Shown here: positions 21,040-29,773 of the stretch, one piece after another
Layout of the letters: each line of letters begins with the position of its first letter
Numbering within the stretch: the first letter of the stretch is position 1
NCBI GenBank assembly: GCA_902565645.1
Contig: CACFFJ010000005.1
Coordinates: forward strand, 1-58,072
Direction: 5' to 3'
Source of the DNA: an uncultured Candidatus Actinomarina sp.
Lineage (GTDB): Bacteria > Actinomycetota > Acidimicrobiia > Actinomarinales > Actinomarinaceae
DNA length: 58,072 bases
The notes under the pieces: generated by a model
What the model saw: the letters and a program-made list of their open reading frames with translations, nothing else
Database searches by the model: none
What the model was told of the DNA's origin: nothing
Made by a program: the position numbers and the translations under genes

Positions 21040-22109
21040 TCTTCTATGTGTGTCAAATTATGAAGTTTTGATAATGTATCATTATCTTTTGCTGTTTTGG
21101 CTGGAGCTTTCATAAGCCAAGCAGAAACCAAATCTAGTGAATCAAGATCACCTTTATCAGTAAAATATTTCATATATCTTATTGCATCAATTACAACACC
21201 TGCACTATTTGGTGAATCCCATACTTCAAGTTGAACTTCAATATTTAAAGGTACTCCGCCGAATGCTTCTCCTTCTAATCTTATGAAAGCTTTTTTACGA
21301 TCTTCTAACCATTTAACATAATCTGAAGGGCCAATTCTTACATTATCAGGATCCATACCTTTACCTTTGTTTGCTACTGAAGTAACAGAGGATGTTTTGC
21401 TAGTTCTTTTAGTCTCTAAACGGTCTTCTTCAAGCATATTTAAAAAATCCATATTTCCACCAACATTTAATTGATAAGACCTCTTAAGTTCGACACCTCT
21501 ATCGGAAAATAATTGAGCTAATGCTCTATGAACAATTGTTGCTCCTACTTGACTTTTAATGTCATCACCTATTAGAGGAACTTTATTATCTCTAAATTTG
21601 TTATACCATTCTTCATCTCTAGCAATAAATACAGGAATACAATTAATAAATCCTACTTTTGCGTCAATAGCGCATTGTGCGTAAAATTTTACTGCTTCGT
21701 CAGAACCAACAGGTAATAAATTTATCAGTATTTCAGCTTTTGATTCCTTAAGCTCTTTTACAATTTCTTCTGAGTCATCAACTGTAGTTATTAATTCTTT
21801 TACAAATTTTCCTACTCCATCTAGAGTTTTACCTGGTTTTACTTCAATATTTAAATTTGGAACTTCACAAAACTTTGAAGTATTATTTGGCTCAACAAAT
21901 ATTGCATCAGAAATATCTTTACCTACTTTATCTTTATTGATATCAAATGCTGCAACTATTTGTATATCTGAGACCTTAAACCCACCAATTACATCTGAAA
22001 TTAATCCAATCTCAGTTTTTTCATCTTTGTAATACTCCAATCCTTGAACAAATGAACTTGCACAATTTCCTACTCCAAGAATTGCAACTTTAATTTTAGG
22101 ATTACTCAT
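21036..22109 (-). CDS. ino1: myo-inositol-1-phosphate synthase
   Basis: GVGNCASSFVQG, GDDIKSQVGATI, QLNVGGNMDF, VWDSPNSAG. Confidence 0.96.
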   Translation of the reverse strand: MSNPKIKVAILGVGNCASSFVQGLEYYKDEKTEIGLISDVIGGFKVSDIQIVAAFDINKDKVGKDISDAIFVEPNNTSKFCEVPNLNIEVKPGKTLDGVGKFVKELITTVDDSEEIVKELKESKAEILINLLPVGSDEAVKFYAQCAIDAKVGFINCIPVFIARDEEWYNKFRDNKVPLIGDDIKSQVGATIVHRALAQLFSDRGVELKRSYQLNVGGNMDFLNMLEEDRLETKRTSKTSSVTSVANKGKGMDPDNVRIGPSDYVKWLEDRKKAFIRLEGEAFGGVPLNIEVQLEVWDSPNSAGVVIDAIRYMKYFTDKGDLDSLDLVSAWLMKAPAKTAKDNDTLSKLHNLTHIED

Positions 22110-22157
22110 TCAATTAACTTTAGCAATTTTTCGATTTATCAATAATTAGAAGTTTTA

Positions 22158-22271
22158 TTATCCAAAAATATGGTTGTACCAACTTATAGAATTATAGAAA
22201 ATACCTACTATGAAATAGATTATGAAAGTGATAACACCCACAATTTGTAATACTTTAATAAACTTTCTCAC
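22158..22271 (-). CDS. unannotated 37-aa single-pass membrane protein
   Basis: GTG-start ORF MRKFIKVLQIVGVITFIIYFIVGIFYNSISWYNHIFG fills the gap; TAATCT -10-like hexamer 6 nt upstream of the start. Confidence 0.6.
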   Translation of the reverse strand: MRKFIKVLQIVGVITFIIYFIVGIFYNSISWYNHIFG

Positions 22272-22324
22272 ATTACAAGATTACATCCTAGAAAAAATAA
22301 TTAAAAAATAGTTATAGTTTATAT

Positions 22325-23296
22325 ATGATTAAAAATTTATCACCTTCAAGGGCTTCACAGTTTAAAACATGTCCAAAACAATATAAATTTGCAAATGTTG
22401 ACAAAATTATTGAACCAACAAATGAAGTTCAAGCAAAAGGGACTACAGTTCATCAAGCTCTTGAAGATCTATATGAGTTACCAAAAGAAGAAAGAAGTTC
22501 CGAGAATTTATACAATTTATTTAGAAATGCTTGGACAAAAGTAAGAGGTAACGATGAACATGTAGATCTATTTGACACAATTGAAGAAGAGAAAGAATGG
22601 GGTTTAGATGCATTAAATTTGTTAGCAAATTATTTAACTTTAGAAAATCCAAAGGAAATAGAACCTATGGAAAAAGAGAGATGGGTGCGAGGTTCTATAG
22701 ACGATTTAAATCTTAGAGGAATTTTAGACAGAATGGATAGAGACAAGGATGGAAACTTAATAATTATCGATTATAAATCAGGTAAAGCCCCATCAGCTAA
22801 ATATAAAGAACCAAGATTCTTTGCACTTAAGTTATATGCATTACTAATTAAAGATGAACTTGGTGAAATGCCTAAAGAACTTAAATTAATTTATTTACAG
22901 AATTCAACAATCCATACTTTACAAATCGATGAAGATATTTTAAATAAAGCAAAAGAAGAAATATTGGATATCTGGAACAATATTAAAAATGCTTATGAAA
23001 ATAATCAGTTCCCAGCAACAAAAAATACACTTTGTGATTGGTGTTACTATAAACCAATTTGCCCGGAATTCAATGATTCAGCGCCTGATACTGATGATCT
23101 ACAAAATATAAATATTGAGATAGAGGATTTAGAAAAGAATATAGAAGCAGTAACAATGTTTGAAAATCCTGATGATATCCCAGATGAAAGTCCTATTAAA
23201 AAAATTGATATGGAGTCTACTAATGAGCAACTTAAAAATTTAAAAGACAAAAAACAATCAATAATAAATGAAATTGAGAAAATTTTAAGGAAATAA
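22325..23296 (+). CDS. RecB-family PD-(D/E)XK exonuclease with four Cys (probable Fe-S) and acidic/coiled-coil tail
   Basis: LSPS..QFKTCP, GTTVH, RGILDRMD, IIDYKSG, CDWCYYKPIC. Confidence 0.88.
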   Translation: MIKNLSPSRASQFKTCPKQYKFANVDKIIEPTNEVQAKGTTVHQALEDLYELPKEERSSENLYNLFRNAWTKVRGNDEHVDLFDTIEEEKEWGLDALNLLANYLTLENPKEIEPMEKERWVRGSIDDLNLRGILDRMDRDKDGNLIIIDYKSGKAPSAKYKEPRFFALKLYALLIKDELGEMPKELKLIYLQNSTIHTLQIDEDILNKAKEEILDIWNNIKNAYENNQFPATKNTLCDWCYYKPICPEFNDSAPDTDDLQNINIEIEDLEKNIEAVTMFENPDDIPDESPIKKIDMESTNEQLKNLKDKKQSIINEIEKILRK

Positions 23297-24547
23297 TCCT
23301 CTAGTTAACTTAGCTGCTGCTACTCGTTTTATGCCTTTAATAAGAGAAGCAGTCCTTAGATCACATTTATTTTTTTCAGCTATAACCCAAATTTCTTCAA
23401 AGGAGCTAGTTAAAACATCAATCAATTTTTCATAGAGCTCCTTTTCCTTCCAGAGATAATTTTGTGTGTTTTGTACCCATTCAAAATAACTACCTGTAAC
23501 ACCACCAGCATTAGCAAGAATATCCGGAATAATTAAGATATCGTTATCTCTTAAAATTTTGTCAGCATTTAATGTTGTCGGAGAGTTTGCACCTTCGACT
23601 ATAACCCTGGCTTTTATTTTTTGTGCATTACTTGAAGTTATCACACCACCAACAGCTGCTGGAATAAGTACATCACATTCTAATTCTAGAATTTCTGAAT
23701 CAAGAGGATCACCTCCTGGAAAACCATCTACCGTGTTCTCTTTAGCTATATGCTTAAATAATTCAGGAATGTTTAAACCTTTTTCGTTATACACGCCACC
23801 TTTTAGATCATTAACAGCTATGACTTTTGCTCCCTCTTCATAAGATGCTAAAGCAGCATATCTTCCGACATTTCCGAAGCCTTGAACGACTACTTTAGAA
23901 TCTGAATATTTTTTGTTATATTTATCCATTGCAGCTTTTGCAATAGCTACAGCTCCTCTGCCTGTAGCCTCTCTTCTAGTTATTGAGCCTCCTAAAGAAG
24001 CTGGTTTTCCTGTAACAATGCCTGGTTGTGGTGAACCTACAAAGTTGCTATATGTATCCATAATCCATGCCATTGTTTGTTCGTCAGTTCCTAAATCAGG
24101 AGCTGGAATATCTTTATCTACACCTATTACAGGTAATAATTCTGCGGTAAACCTTCTTGTAACTCTTTGCTTTTCAGCTCGCGATAGAGGTCTTGGATCG
24201 ATAGCTACCCCACCTTTTGCTCCTCCATAAGGTAAACCTACAATTGCAGACTTCCATGACATCAAAATTGCGAGAGCTGTAACTTCTCCAAGATTCACAT
24301 CCGGAGCATACCTAATTCCACCTTTCGTTGGTCCCATTGATAGAACATGCTGTACCCTATAACCGATAACAGTTTCTACTTCTTCATACTCATCTCTTCT
24401 AAATGGAAAAGTAACAGTTAAAGCTCTTTGTGGTAATTTCAATCTTTCTTTAATATTTGGATCAAGATTAATAAATTCAGCTACTTCATCATATTGACGA
24501 ATTACTTCATTGTACATATGTGAAGCGAAGATATCCCCATTTGTCAT
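23285..24547 (-). CDS. gdhA: Glu/Leu/Phe/Val dehydrogenase (probable glutamate dehydrogenase)
   Basis: GPTKGGIRY, PYGGAKGG, DIPAPD, QGFGNVG, NAGGVTGSYFEW. Confidence 0.92.
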   Translation of the reverse strand: MTNGDIFASHMYNEVIRQYDEVAEFINLDPNIKERLKLPQRALTVTFPFRRDEYEEVETVIGYRVQHVLSMGPTKGGIRYAPDVNLGEVTALAILMSWKSAIVGLPYGGAKGGVAIDPRPLSRAEKQRVTRRFTAELLPVIGVDKDIPAPDLGTDEQTMAWIMDTYSNFVGSPQPGIVTGKPASLGGSITRREATGRGAVAIAKAAMDKYNKKYSDSKVVVQGFGNVGRYAALASYEEGAKVIAVNDLKGGVYNEKGLNIPELFKHIAKENTVDGFPGGDPLDSEILELECDVLIPAAVGGVITSSNAQKIKARVIVEGANSPTTLNADKILRDNDILIIPDILANAGGVTGSYFEWVQNTQNYLWKEKELYEKLIDVLTSSFEEIWVIAEKNKCDLRTASLIKGIKRVAAAKLTRGLFP

Positions 24548-24582
24548 TACAAGCCTATATTATTGCTGTTTGGTTTTAGAAG

Positions 24583-24607
24583 CGACATAAAATAATATTT
24601 TTTGTCG
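24583..24607. repeat. 25-bp imperfect palindrome CGACA-N15-TGTCG (candidate operator)
   Basis: cgacataaaataatattttttgtcg: only one mismatched pair around the central base. Confidence 0.7.
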
Positions 24608-24624
24608 TAGATGCTTTCTAATAT
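24602..24624 (+). promoter_or_regulatory. candidate RecA-independent (PafBC-type) DNA-damage promoter
   Basis: TTGTCGtag-atgctttc(8 nt)-TAATAT fits the mycobacterial RecA-NDp pattern tTGTCRgtg-N8-TAnnnT; ATG 8 nt downstream. Confidence 0.55.
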
Positions 24625-24632
24625 TTGAAAGT

Positions 24633-24749
24633 ATGAAATACAAAAATATAGAAGATATCCTAAAAGATAGCGGCCTTGATGCTGTTGTTATATGTTATAA
24701 ACATAACGACCAATGCAGTTGTCATGAAAGCTACAAAGAAGCAGCTTAA
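24633..24749 (+). CDS. unannotated 38-aa Cys/His-rich peptide
   Basis: MKYKNIEDILKDSGLDAVVICYKHNDQCSCHESYKEAA; fills the gap between the promoter and the AGGAG RBS of the next gene. Confidence 0.6.
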   Translation: MKYKNIEDILKDSGLDAVVICYKHNDQCSCHESYKEAA

Positions 24750-24763
24750 ATTTAGGAGAAAAT

Positions 24764-25327
24764 ATGAACAATAAAATCGAAGATGTTCTTGATCTAACAA
24801 GAGAGATCTCAATACAGGATAATGAAGAGATTGATTTTTCAATAACTCCATTTGGTGAAAAATTATTATCTACTGAAGATATTGAATTTCTTTGGGTTGC
24901 AAGAAATGCATCTAGTTCAGTAAAGTCAGCATCTTCAAATATTAAAACTTTTAATGACGAAAAAATTGCTAATAATGTTAATGAAAATGGATCAGTTAGG
25001 TTGGGAGATGAAGTTTTTGTGTATAGCAAATCATACAACTGGAAAGTACAAGAGTTAAGAAATTTTATTAAATGGGTGATAGAGAAATCAAGTGACAATG
25101 AGGAGCTACTTAATTCTTTGTTAGCTATTATAGGTCCTACTTTTGTACCAAAATTAAAAGGACTTGATGCTGTTTCAGCTTCTAGAAATTTGAATCCAGA
25201 AGTTATTAGAGATACTTTCTTATTTAAAGAGTGGAAGGATAAAGCAGATTTAAAAACAATAAATACAAATAACAAATCGGCTCCAAAATGGGCTAAAGAT
25301 TTAGGTCATAAAGAAAGGAAGAAATGA
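24764..25327 (+). CDS. hypothetical protein (no family recognised)
   Basis: 187-aa ORF with AGGAG RBS; ATGA overlap with the Rad52-like gene. Confidence 0.75.
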   Translation: MNNKIEDVLDLTREISIQDNEEIDFSITPFGEKLLSTEDIEFLWVARNASSSVKSASSNIKTFNDEKIANNVNENGSVRLGDEVFVYSKSYNWKVQELRNFIKWVIEKSSDNEELLNSLLAIIGPTFVPKLKGLDAVSASRNLNPEVIRDTFLFKEWKDKADLKTINTNNKSAPKWAKDLGHKERKK

Positions 25328-25752
25328 ATCAATTATACGAACTATCAAGACAATTTCCCGATGAATGGGTTAAAAAAGCTCCTAAAGGAAAGTTTGGAAA
25401 TTATATCCCTCATTCTGTAATTACTCAGAGATTGCTTGAGGTATGCGGTCCATATACTTGGGAAGTTAAAGAATTAATCAGACAAGAAAATGATGGAAAA
25501 GTTGTTGGATGTTTTGGAAAACTAACTGTAGAAATTGATCAAAAATTAGTAACTGTAACATCCATTGGCGATGTAGAACACGACCAAGGAAGTGACGGAA
25601 CAAATGCTAAACATGCTGAATCTGATGCATTTAAAAGATGCGCTATGAAAATAGGTTTAGGTTTACATCTTTGGGCTGGTGAAGAATACTATTTAGATAA
25701 GAAATTAAATGATGATAAAAGTAAGAAGAATCTAAAACTTAAATCAGCCTAA
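25324..25752 (+). CDS. Rad52/Sak-like single-strand annealing protein (core domain only)
   Basis: YI...VITQRLLEVCG..W, AKHAESDAFKRCAMKIGLGLHLW matches the Rad52/22 core (K.A.SDA.KRA...G.G..L). Confidence 0.82.
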   Translation: MNQLYELSRQFPDEWVKKAPKGKFGNYIPHSVITQRLLEVCGPYTWEVKELIRQENDGKVVGCFGKLTVEIDQKLVTVTSIGDVEHDQGSDGTNAKHAESDAFKRCAMKIGLGLHLWAGEEYYLDKKLNDDKSKKNLKLKSA

Positions 25753-26204
25753 TTTAATAATTTTCCATTTTTTGATTCTAATAAAATTGTTACAGGGCCA
25801 TCATTTATTAATTCAACTTTCATAAATGCCCCAAACTCACCCTCTTTAACATCCACTCTCCCACTGAATTTTTCAACTACAATTTTTAAGAGTTCTTTTG
25901 CGCTATCTGGGTCTTCTGATTTGATAAAGGAAGGTCTATTTCCCCTTGAAAGATCAGCTAAAAGTGTAAATTGGCTGACTAATAGAATAGAACCATCAAC
26001 ATCAACTATAGATTTATTCATTTTGCCTTCTTCATCAGAAAATATTCTTAAATTTAAAATTTTTTCAGTTAAAACACCTACATCTTCAATAGTGTCTTCT
26101 TTCTCTACACCCCATAAAAGAAGTAATCCATTATTTATTGAAGATATTTCCTTTTCACTTACTTTTACAGAAGATGATTCAACTCTTTGTATTACTACTT
26201 TCAT
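25749..26204 (-). CDS. dtd: D-aminoacyl-tRNA deacylase
   Basis: MKVVIQRV, LRIFSD..GKMN, SQFTL, GNRPSF, NDGPVT. Confidence 0.96.
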   Translation of the reverse strand: MKVVIQRVESSSVKVSEKEISSINNGLLLLWGVEKEDTIEDVGVLTEKILNLRIFSDEEGKMNKSIVDVDGSILLVSQFTLLADLSRGNRPSFIKSEDPDSAKELLKIVVEKFSGRVDVKEGEFGAFMKVELINDGPVTILLESKNGKLLN

Positions 26205-26227
26205 AAATACTATTCTAAGATATACAC

Positions 26228-26641
26228 ATGGTATTAGACAAAAAAACTATAGCTATGGCTTCAGGTCCTAACTATGCTGCTTTCACTACTTTGTTTAAAA
26301 ATGGATCACCTCAAACCCATATGATGTGGGTTGATACAGATGGTGAGCATTTGTTAATTAATACTGAAATTCATAGAACAAAATACTTAAATACAAACAA
26401 CGATAAAAGAGTTAATGTCATGATTTGGAAACATGATGATACTTTTAAATTTGTAGAAATACGTGGAAAAGTAATTGATGAAATAAGAGGTGAAGAAGCT
26501 TTTGATAATATTAATAAATTATCTGAAAAATACTTTAATAAACCTTATCCATTCGAAGTTCAAACTGAAAGAATTGTTTTGAAAATTGAAGCTGAGAGAG
26601 AGTTTTTCTTTAATTTAAAAGAAGAAGATTTTGATTTTTAG
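26228..26641 (+). CDS. PPOX-class F420-dependent oxidoreductase
   Basis: FTTL..NGSPQT..MWVDTDG, K..N...DKRV, FVEIRGKV. Confidence 0.85.
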   Translation: MVLDKKTIAMASGPNYAAFTTLFKNGSPQTHMMWVDTDGEHLLINTEIHRTKYLNTNNDKRVNVMIWKHDDTFKFVEIRGKVIDEIRGEEAFDNINKLSEKYFNKPYPFEVQTERIVLKIEAEREFFFNLKEEDFDF

Positions 26642-27489
26642 GAATAGTCATAAAACCCTTTTCCTGTTTTAACTCCTAAATCTCCTTTTTTAACTTTTTC
26701 TTCAAGAAATTTTTTTGGATAATCTTCTGGATCTTTTGTTTCATTGTAAATTTTTAATTTAGCATAATAATGTATATCAAGACCAGAATAATCAGATAAT
26801 TCAAATGGTCCTCTGGGGTGATGCAGACCATTTTTTATTGCTATATCTATATCCTTAAAATCAGCAATTCCCTCATCATATAATTTATATGCTTCATCTG
26901 TTAGAGCCGCCAACATTCTGTTAACAATGAATCCAGGAGTTTCTTTTTTACAAGTAACTACTGTTCTTCCCATGTCTTTTCCTAGATTTTGTGTACGTTC
27001 AATAGTCTCTTTATTAGTTTCTTTAGGATAAGAAATTTCAACTAAATCCATCCTTATTGGTGGATAGAAGAAGTGCATATTTATAAACCTACTTGGATGC
27101 TCACAGGGTTTAGCTAATTCTGATGCAGGTATAAAGGAACTATTTGTTGCTAAAACAACATCCTCATTTAATTTCTTTGATATGTCTTCAAAAATCTGTA
27201 ATTTTACATCTAGCTTTTCAACAACAGCCTCTATAACAAATGATTTATTATTAATTGTTTCATCAATAGACTCTGCAGTTTTAAGATAATTTTTAAAATT
27301 CTCTAAGTGAGTCTTTTCATATCTACCTTTTTCAACAAGGTTCATTAAATTTTCTTCAGTAAATTTAATTTTTGATTTTAGATTTTTAATATCTTTATCA
27401 TAAATATTTGTTTCATATCCTGCCATAGCAGCAAGTGCAGCAATTTGACTTCCCATTTGACCACCGCCTATAACTGCTACAGATTCCAT
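26638..27489 (-). CDS. 3-hydroxyacyl-CoA (3-hydroxybutyryl-CoA) dehydrogenase
   Basis: GGGQMGSQIA, EAVVE, ATNSS, MHFF, PGFIVNR, LGVKTGKGFY. Confidence 0.92.
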   Translation of the reverse strand: MESVAVIGGGQMGSQIAALAAMAGYETNIYDKDIKNLKSKIKFTEENLMNLVEKGRYEKTHLENFKNYLKTAESIDETINNKSFVIEAVVEKLDVKLQIFEDISKKLNEDVVLATNSSFIPASELAKPCEHPSRFINMHFFYPPIRMDLVEISYPKETNKETIERTQNLGKDMGRTVVTCKKETPGFIVNRMLAALTDEAYKLYDEGIADFKDIDIAIKNGLHHPRGPFELSDYSGLDIHYYAKLKIYNETKDPEDYPKKFLEEKVKKGDLGVKTGKGFYDYS

Positions 27490-27491
27490 AA

Positions 27492-28697
27492 TTACCTATG
27501 TTTATTTATTTCTCTTTTAGCTATTGATTGTAGATGAACTTCATCTGGACCATCAGCTATTCTCAGCACTCTTGCTCCAGCTGCCATTTTTGCTAAAGGT
27601 GTGTCTTGAGAAACTCCCATAGCTCCATGAGCTTGTATAGCTTTATCAATAACATAAGTAGCTGCATCCATTACTGAAACTTTAATTGAAGAAATTTCTA
27701 TCCTTGCTTGATCTTTACCTACAGTATCCATTAACCATGCTGTTTTAAGAGTAAGTAACCTTGCTTCTTCAATTTTAATTCTTGATTTAGCAATCCACTG
27801 TTGTATTACACCTTGCTCAGATAATGTTTTTCCAAATGCTTCCCTTTCAAGAGTCCTTTTAATCATAAGTTCTAATGCCCTTTCTGACATTCCTATAGTT
27901 CTCATGCAATGATGAATTCTTCCTGGGCCTAATCTTGCTTGTGCTATCTTAAATCCTGCACCTTCCCCTCCGATTAAGTTAGTTTTTGGAACGATTACAT
28001 TTTCAAACTTCACTTCTGGATGGCCCGTATAACCATCGTCATAGCCAAATACATGCATAGGTCTTACAACAGTTACGCCTTGTGTATTCATTGGAACCAA
28101 TACTTGGCTTTGTCTCTGGTGTGGCGGGTTGTCAGGATTTGTAACTCCCATAAATATACATATTTCAGCTCTTGGATTTATGGCATTAGAAGTCCACCAT
28201 TTCGTTCCATTGATTACATAATTATCTCCATCACTTTCAATAGAGCTACCAATATTTGTTGCATCAGACGAAGCAACGTTAGGCTCAGTCATTGCAAAAC
28301 ATGATCTAATTTTGCCTTCTAAAAGTGGTTCAAGCCATTCTTTCTTTTGTTCTGGAGTTCCAAATTCTGCAAGTATCTCCATATTCCCAGTATCAGGAGC
28401 AGAACAGTTAAAAACTTCTGATGACCACCAAACTCTACCCATAATTTCAGCTAAAGGCGCGTAGTCAAGATTAGATAGTCCAGGGCCATGATTTTTATCT
28501 GGCAAAAATAAGTTCCACAAACCAATTTTTCTTGCTTCTTCTTTTAATTCATCTAATACATCTGGTATATGTAAGGGATCTCCTGATTCTTCAATAGCTT
28601 TATCGTAACTATCTTCATTTGGATATATATGATCATCAAAAAATTTAATTAAACTTTCTTGTAATTCAAGCGATTCTTTTGAGTAATTAAAATCCAC
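27492..28697 (-). CDS. acyl-CoA dehydrogenase, ACAD10/11 or LvaC-like clade
   Basis: [59 protein letters not shown]; GTG start. Confidence 0.92.
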   Translation of the reverse strand: MDFNYSKESLELQESLIKFFDDHIYPNEDSYDKAIEESGDPLHIPDVLDELKEEARKIGLWNLFLPDKNHGPGLSNLDYAPLAEIMGRVWWSSEVFNCSAPDTGNMEILAEFGTPEQKKEWLEPLLEGKIRSCFAMTEPNVASSDATNIGSSIESDGDNYVINGTKWWTSNAINPRAEICIFMGVTNPDNPPHQRQSQVLVPMNTQGVTVVRPMHVFGYDDGYTGHPEVKFENVIVPKTNLIGGEGAGFKIAQARLGPGRIHHCMRTIGMSERALELMIKRTLEREAFGKTLSEQGVIQQWIAKSRIKIEEARLLTLKTAWLMDTVGKDQARIEISSIKVSVMDAATYVIDKAIQAHGAMGVSQDTPLAKMAAGARVLRIADGPDEVHLQSIAKREINKHR

Positions 28698-28756
28698 AAT
28701 TTATTCTATCAATTAACTGCCCTCAACAAAAGAAACTTTGAGTAATATATTTCTTA

Positions 28757-29773
28757 ATGGACTTTTTTAACACTCAGATAAGGGAATTAATTGTTGAAAA
28801 TATTGAAATAGATAGAAACTTTCAATATGAACAATTCAAAGTTGGTAGGTCTAATATTACATTTAAAATCTTTGACGATAAAAATTCTTATGTGCTCAGG
28901 AGACCTCCATATGGAAATAAATTGGAATCTGCACATAATATGTCGAGAGAATACAAAATTATTGATGAACTATCTAAAAATAATTTAAAAGTTCCTAAAC
29001 CAATATTTCTTTATACAGAAAAAGATATTACTGAAGATGATTTTTATATTATGGAGTATGTAGAGGGTAAAACTATTTCCGATAATATAGAAGCCAAACT
29101 GTTGTCTAGTGATGAAAAGCAAACTATATCAAATTCATTTATAGAAACTATTGCAGATATCCATAATTTTGATGTAGTAAATTCAAAATTAAATGATCTT
29201 GGTAAGCATGAAGGTTATGTTGAAAGACAACTTAATAGATGGACTAAGCAATTTGAAGCACAAAAGGTTAGAGAAATTGAGGACCTAGATTTTGCAACAG
29301 AAATGTTATTTCAAAATATACCAAAACAACAGAAAATTAGCATAGTTCATGGAGATTATAGATTAGATAATGTAAGAGTAAACAATGGAAAAGTAGCAGC
29401 TGTAGTAGATTGGGAACTTTGTACTATTGGTGATCCATTAGCTGATCTAGGTACAATAATTGCATCTTGGTCAAATAGTAAAGAAAAAGATACTCCATTT
29501 ATTTACTCCCCTACATTGTCTGATGGATTTTTATCAAGGAGTGAACTGCTTGAGATTTACTCAAATAATTCAGATCTAGATTTAAAAAATATAGAATTTT
29601 ATGTAAGACTGTCTTACTGGAAACATGCAATGATTATGGAAGGCGTCTATGTAAGATATTCTCGCGGTTCTTATGGAAAAATTAATAAAAAAGAAATAGA
29701 ATTATTTAAACAAAGTACAGTTATGTTTGCGAAAAAGGCAGCAAACCAAGATTTATTAAAGGAGATAAAATGA
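28757..29773 (+). CDS. APH-like phosphotransferase, ACAD10/11 kinase or LvaA-like
   Basis: GRSNIT, VLRRPP, SAHNMSREY, HGDYRLDN, DWELCTIGDPLADL. Confidence 0.9.
   Translation: MDFFNTQIRELIVENIEIDRNFQYEQFKVGRSNITFKIFDDKNSYVLRRPPYGNKLESAHNMSREYKIIDELSKNNLKVPKPIFLYTEKDITEDDFYIMEYVEGKTISDNIEAKLLSSDEKQTISNSFIETIADIHNFDVVNSKLNDLGKHEGYVERQLNRWTKQFEAQKVREIEDLDFATEMLFQNIPKQQKISIVHGDYRLDNVRVNNGKVAAVVDWELCTIGDPLADLGTIIASWSNSKEKDTPFIYSPTLSDGFLSRSELLEIYSNNSDLDLKNIEFYVRLSYWKHAMIMEGVYVRYSRGSYGKINKKEIELFKQSTVMFAKKAANQDLLKEIK

Noticed and set aside
22325-23296. Cas4 or CRISPR system
   Set aside because: The four-Cys PD-(D/E)XK fold is shared with solo RecB-like nucleases; no cas1/cas2 and no repeat-spacer array seen in the window
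24660-25275. Minus-strand ORFs 24688-25275 and 24660-24851
   Set aside because: Antisense shadows of the RBS-bearing 24764-25327 gene; no motifs
24633-25752. Intact prophage or mobile element
   Set aside because: No integrase, structural genes or att-like direct repeats; flanked directly by gdhA and dtd
28757-29773. Aminoglycoside resistance kinase
   Set aside because: Motifs and ACAD neighbour match the ACAD10/11 or LvaA-type acyl-CoA kinase clade
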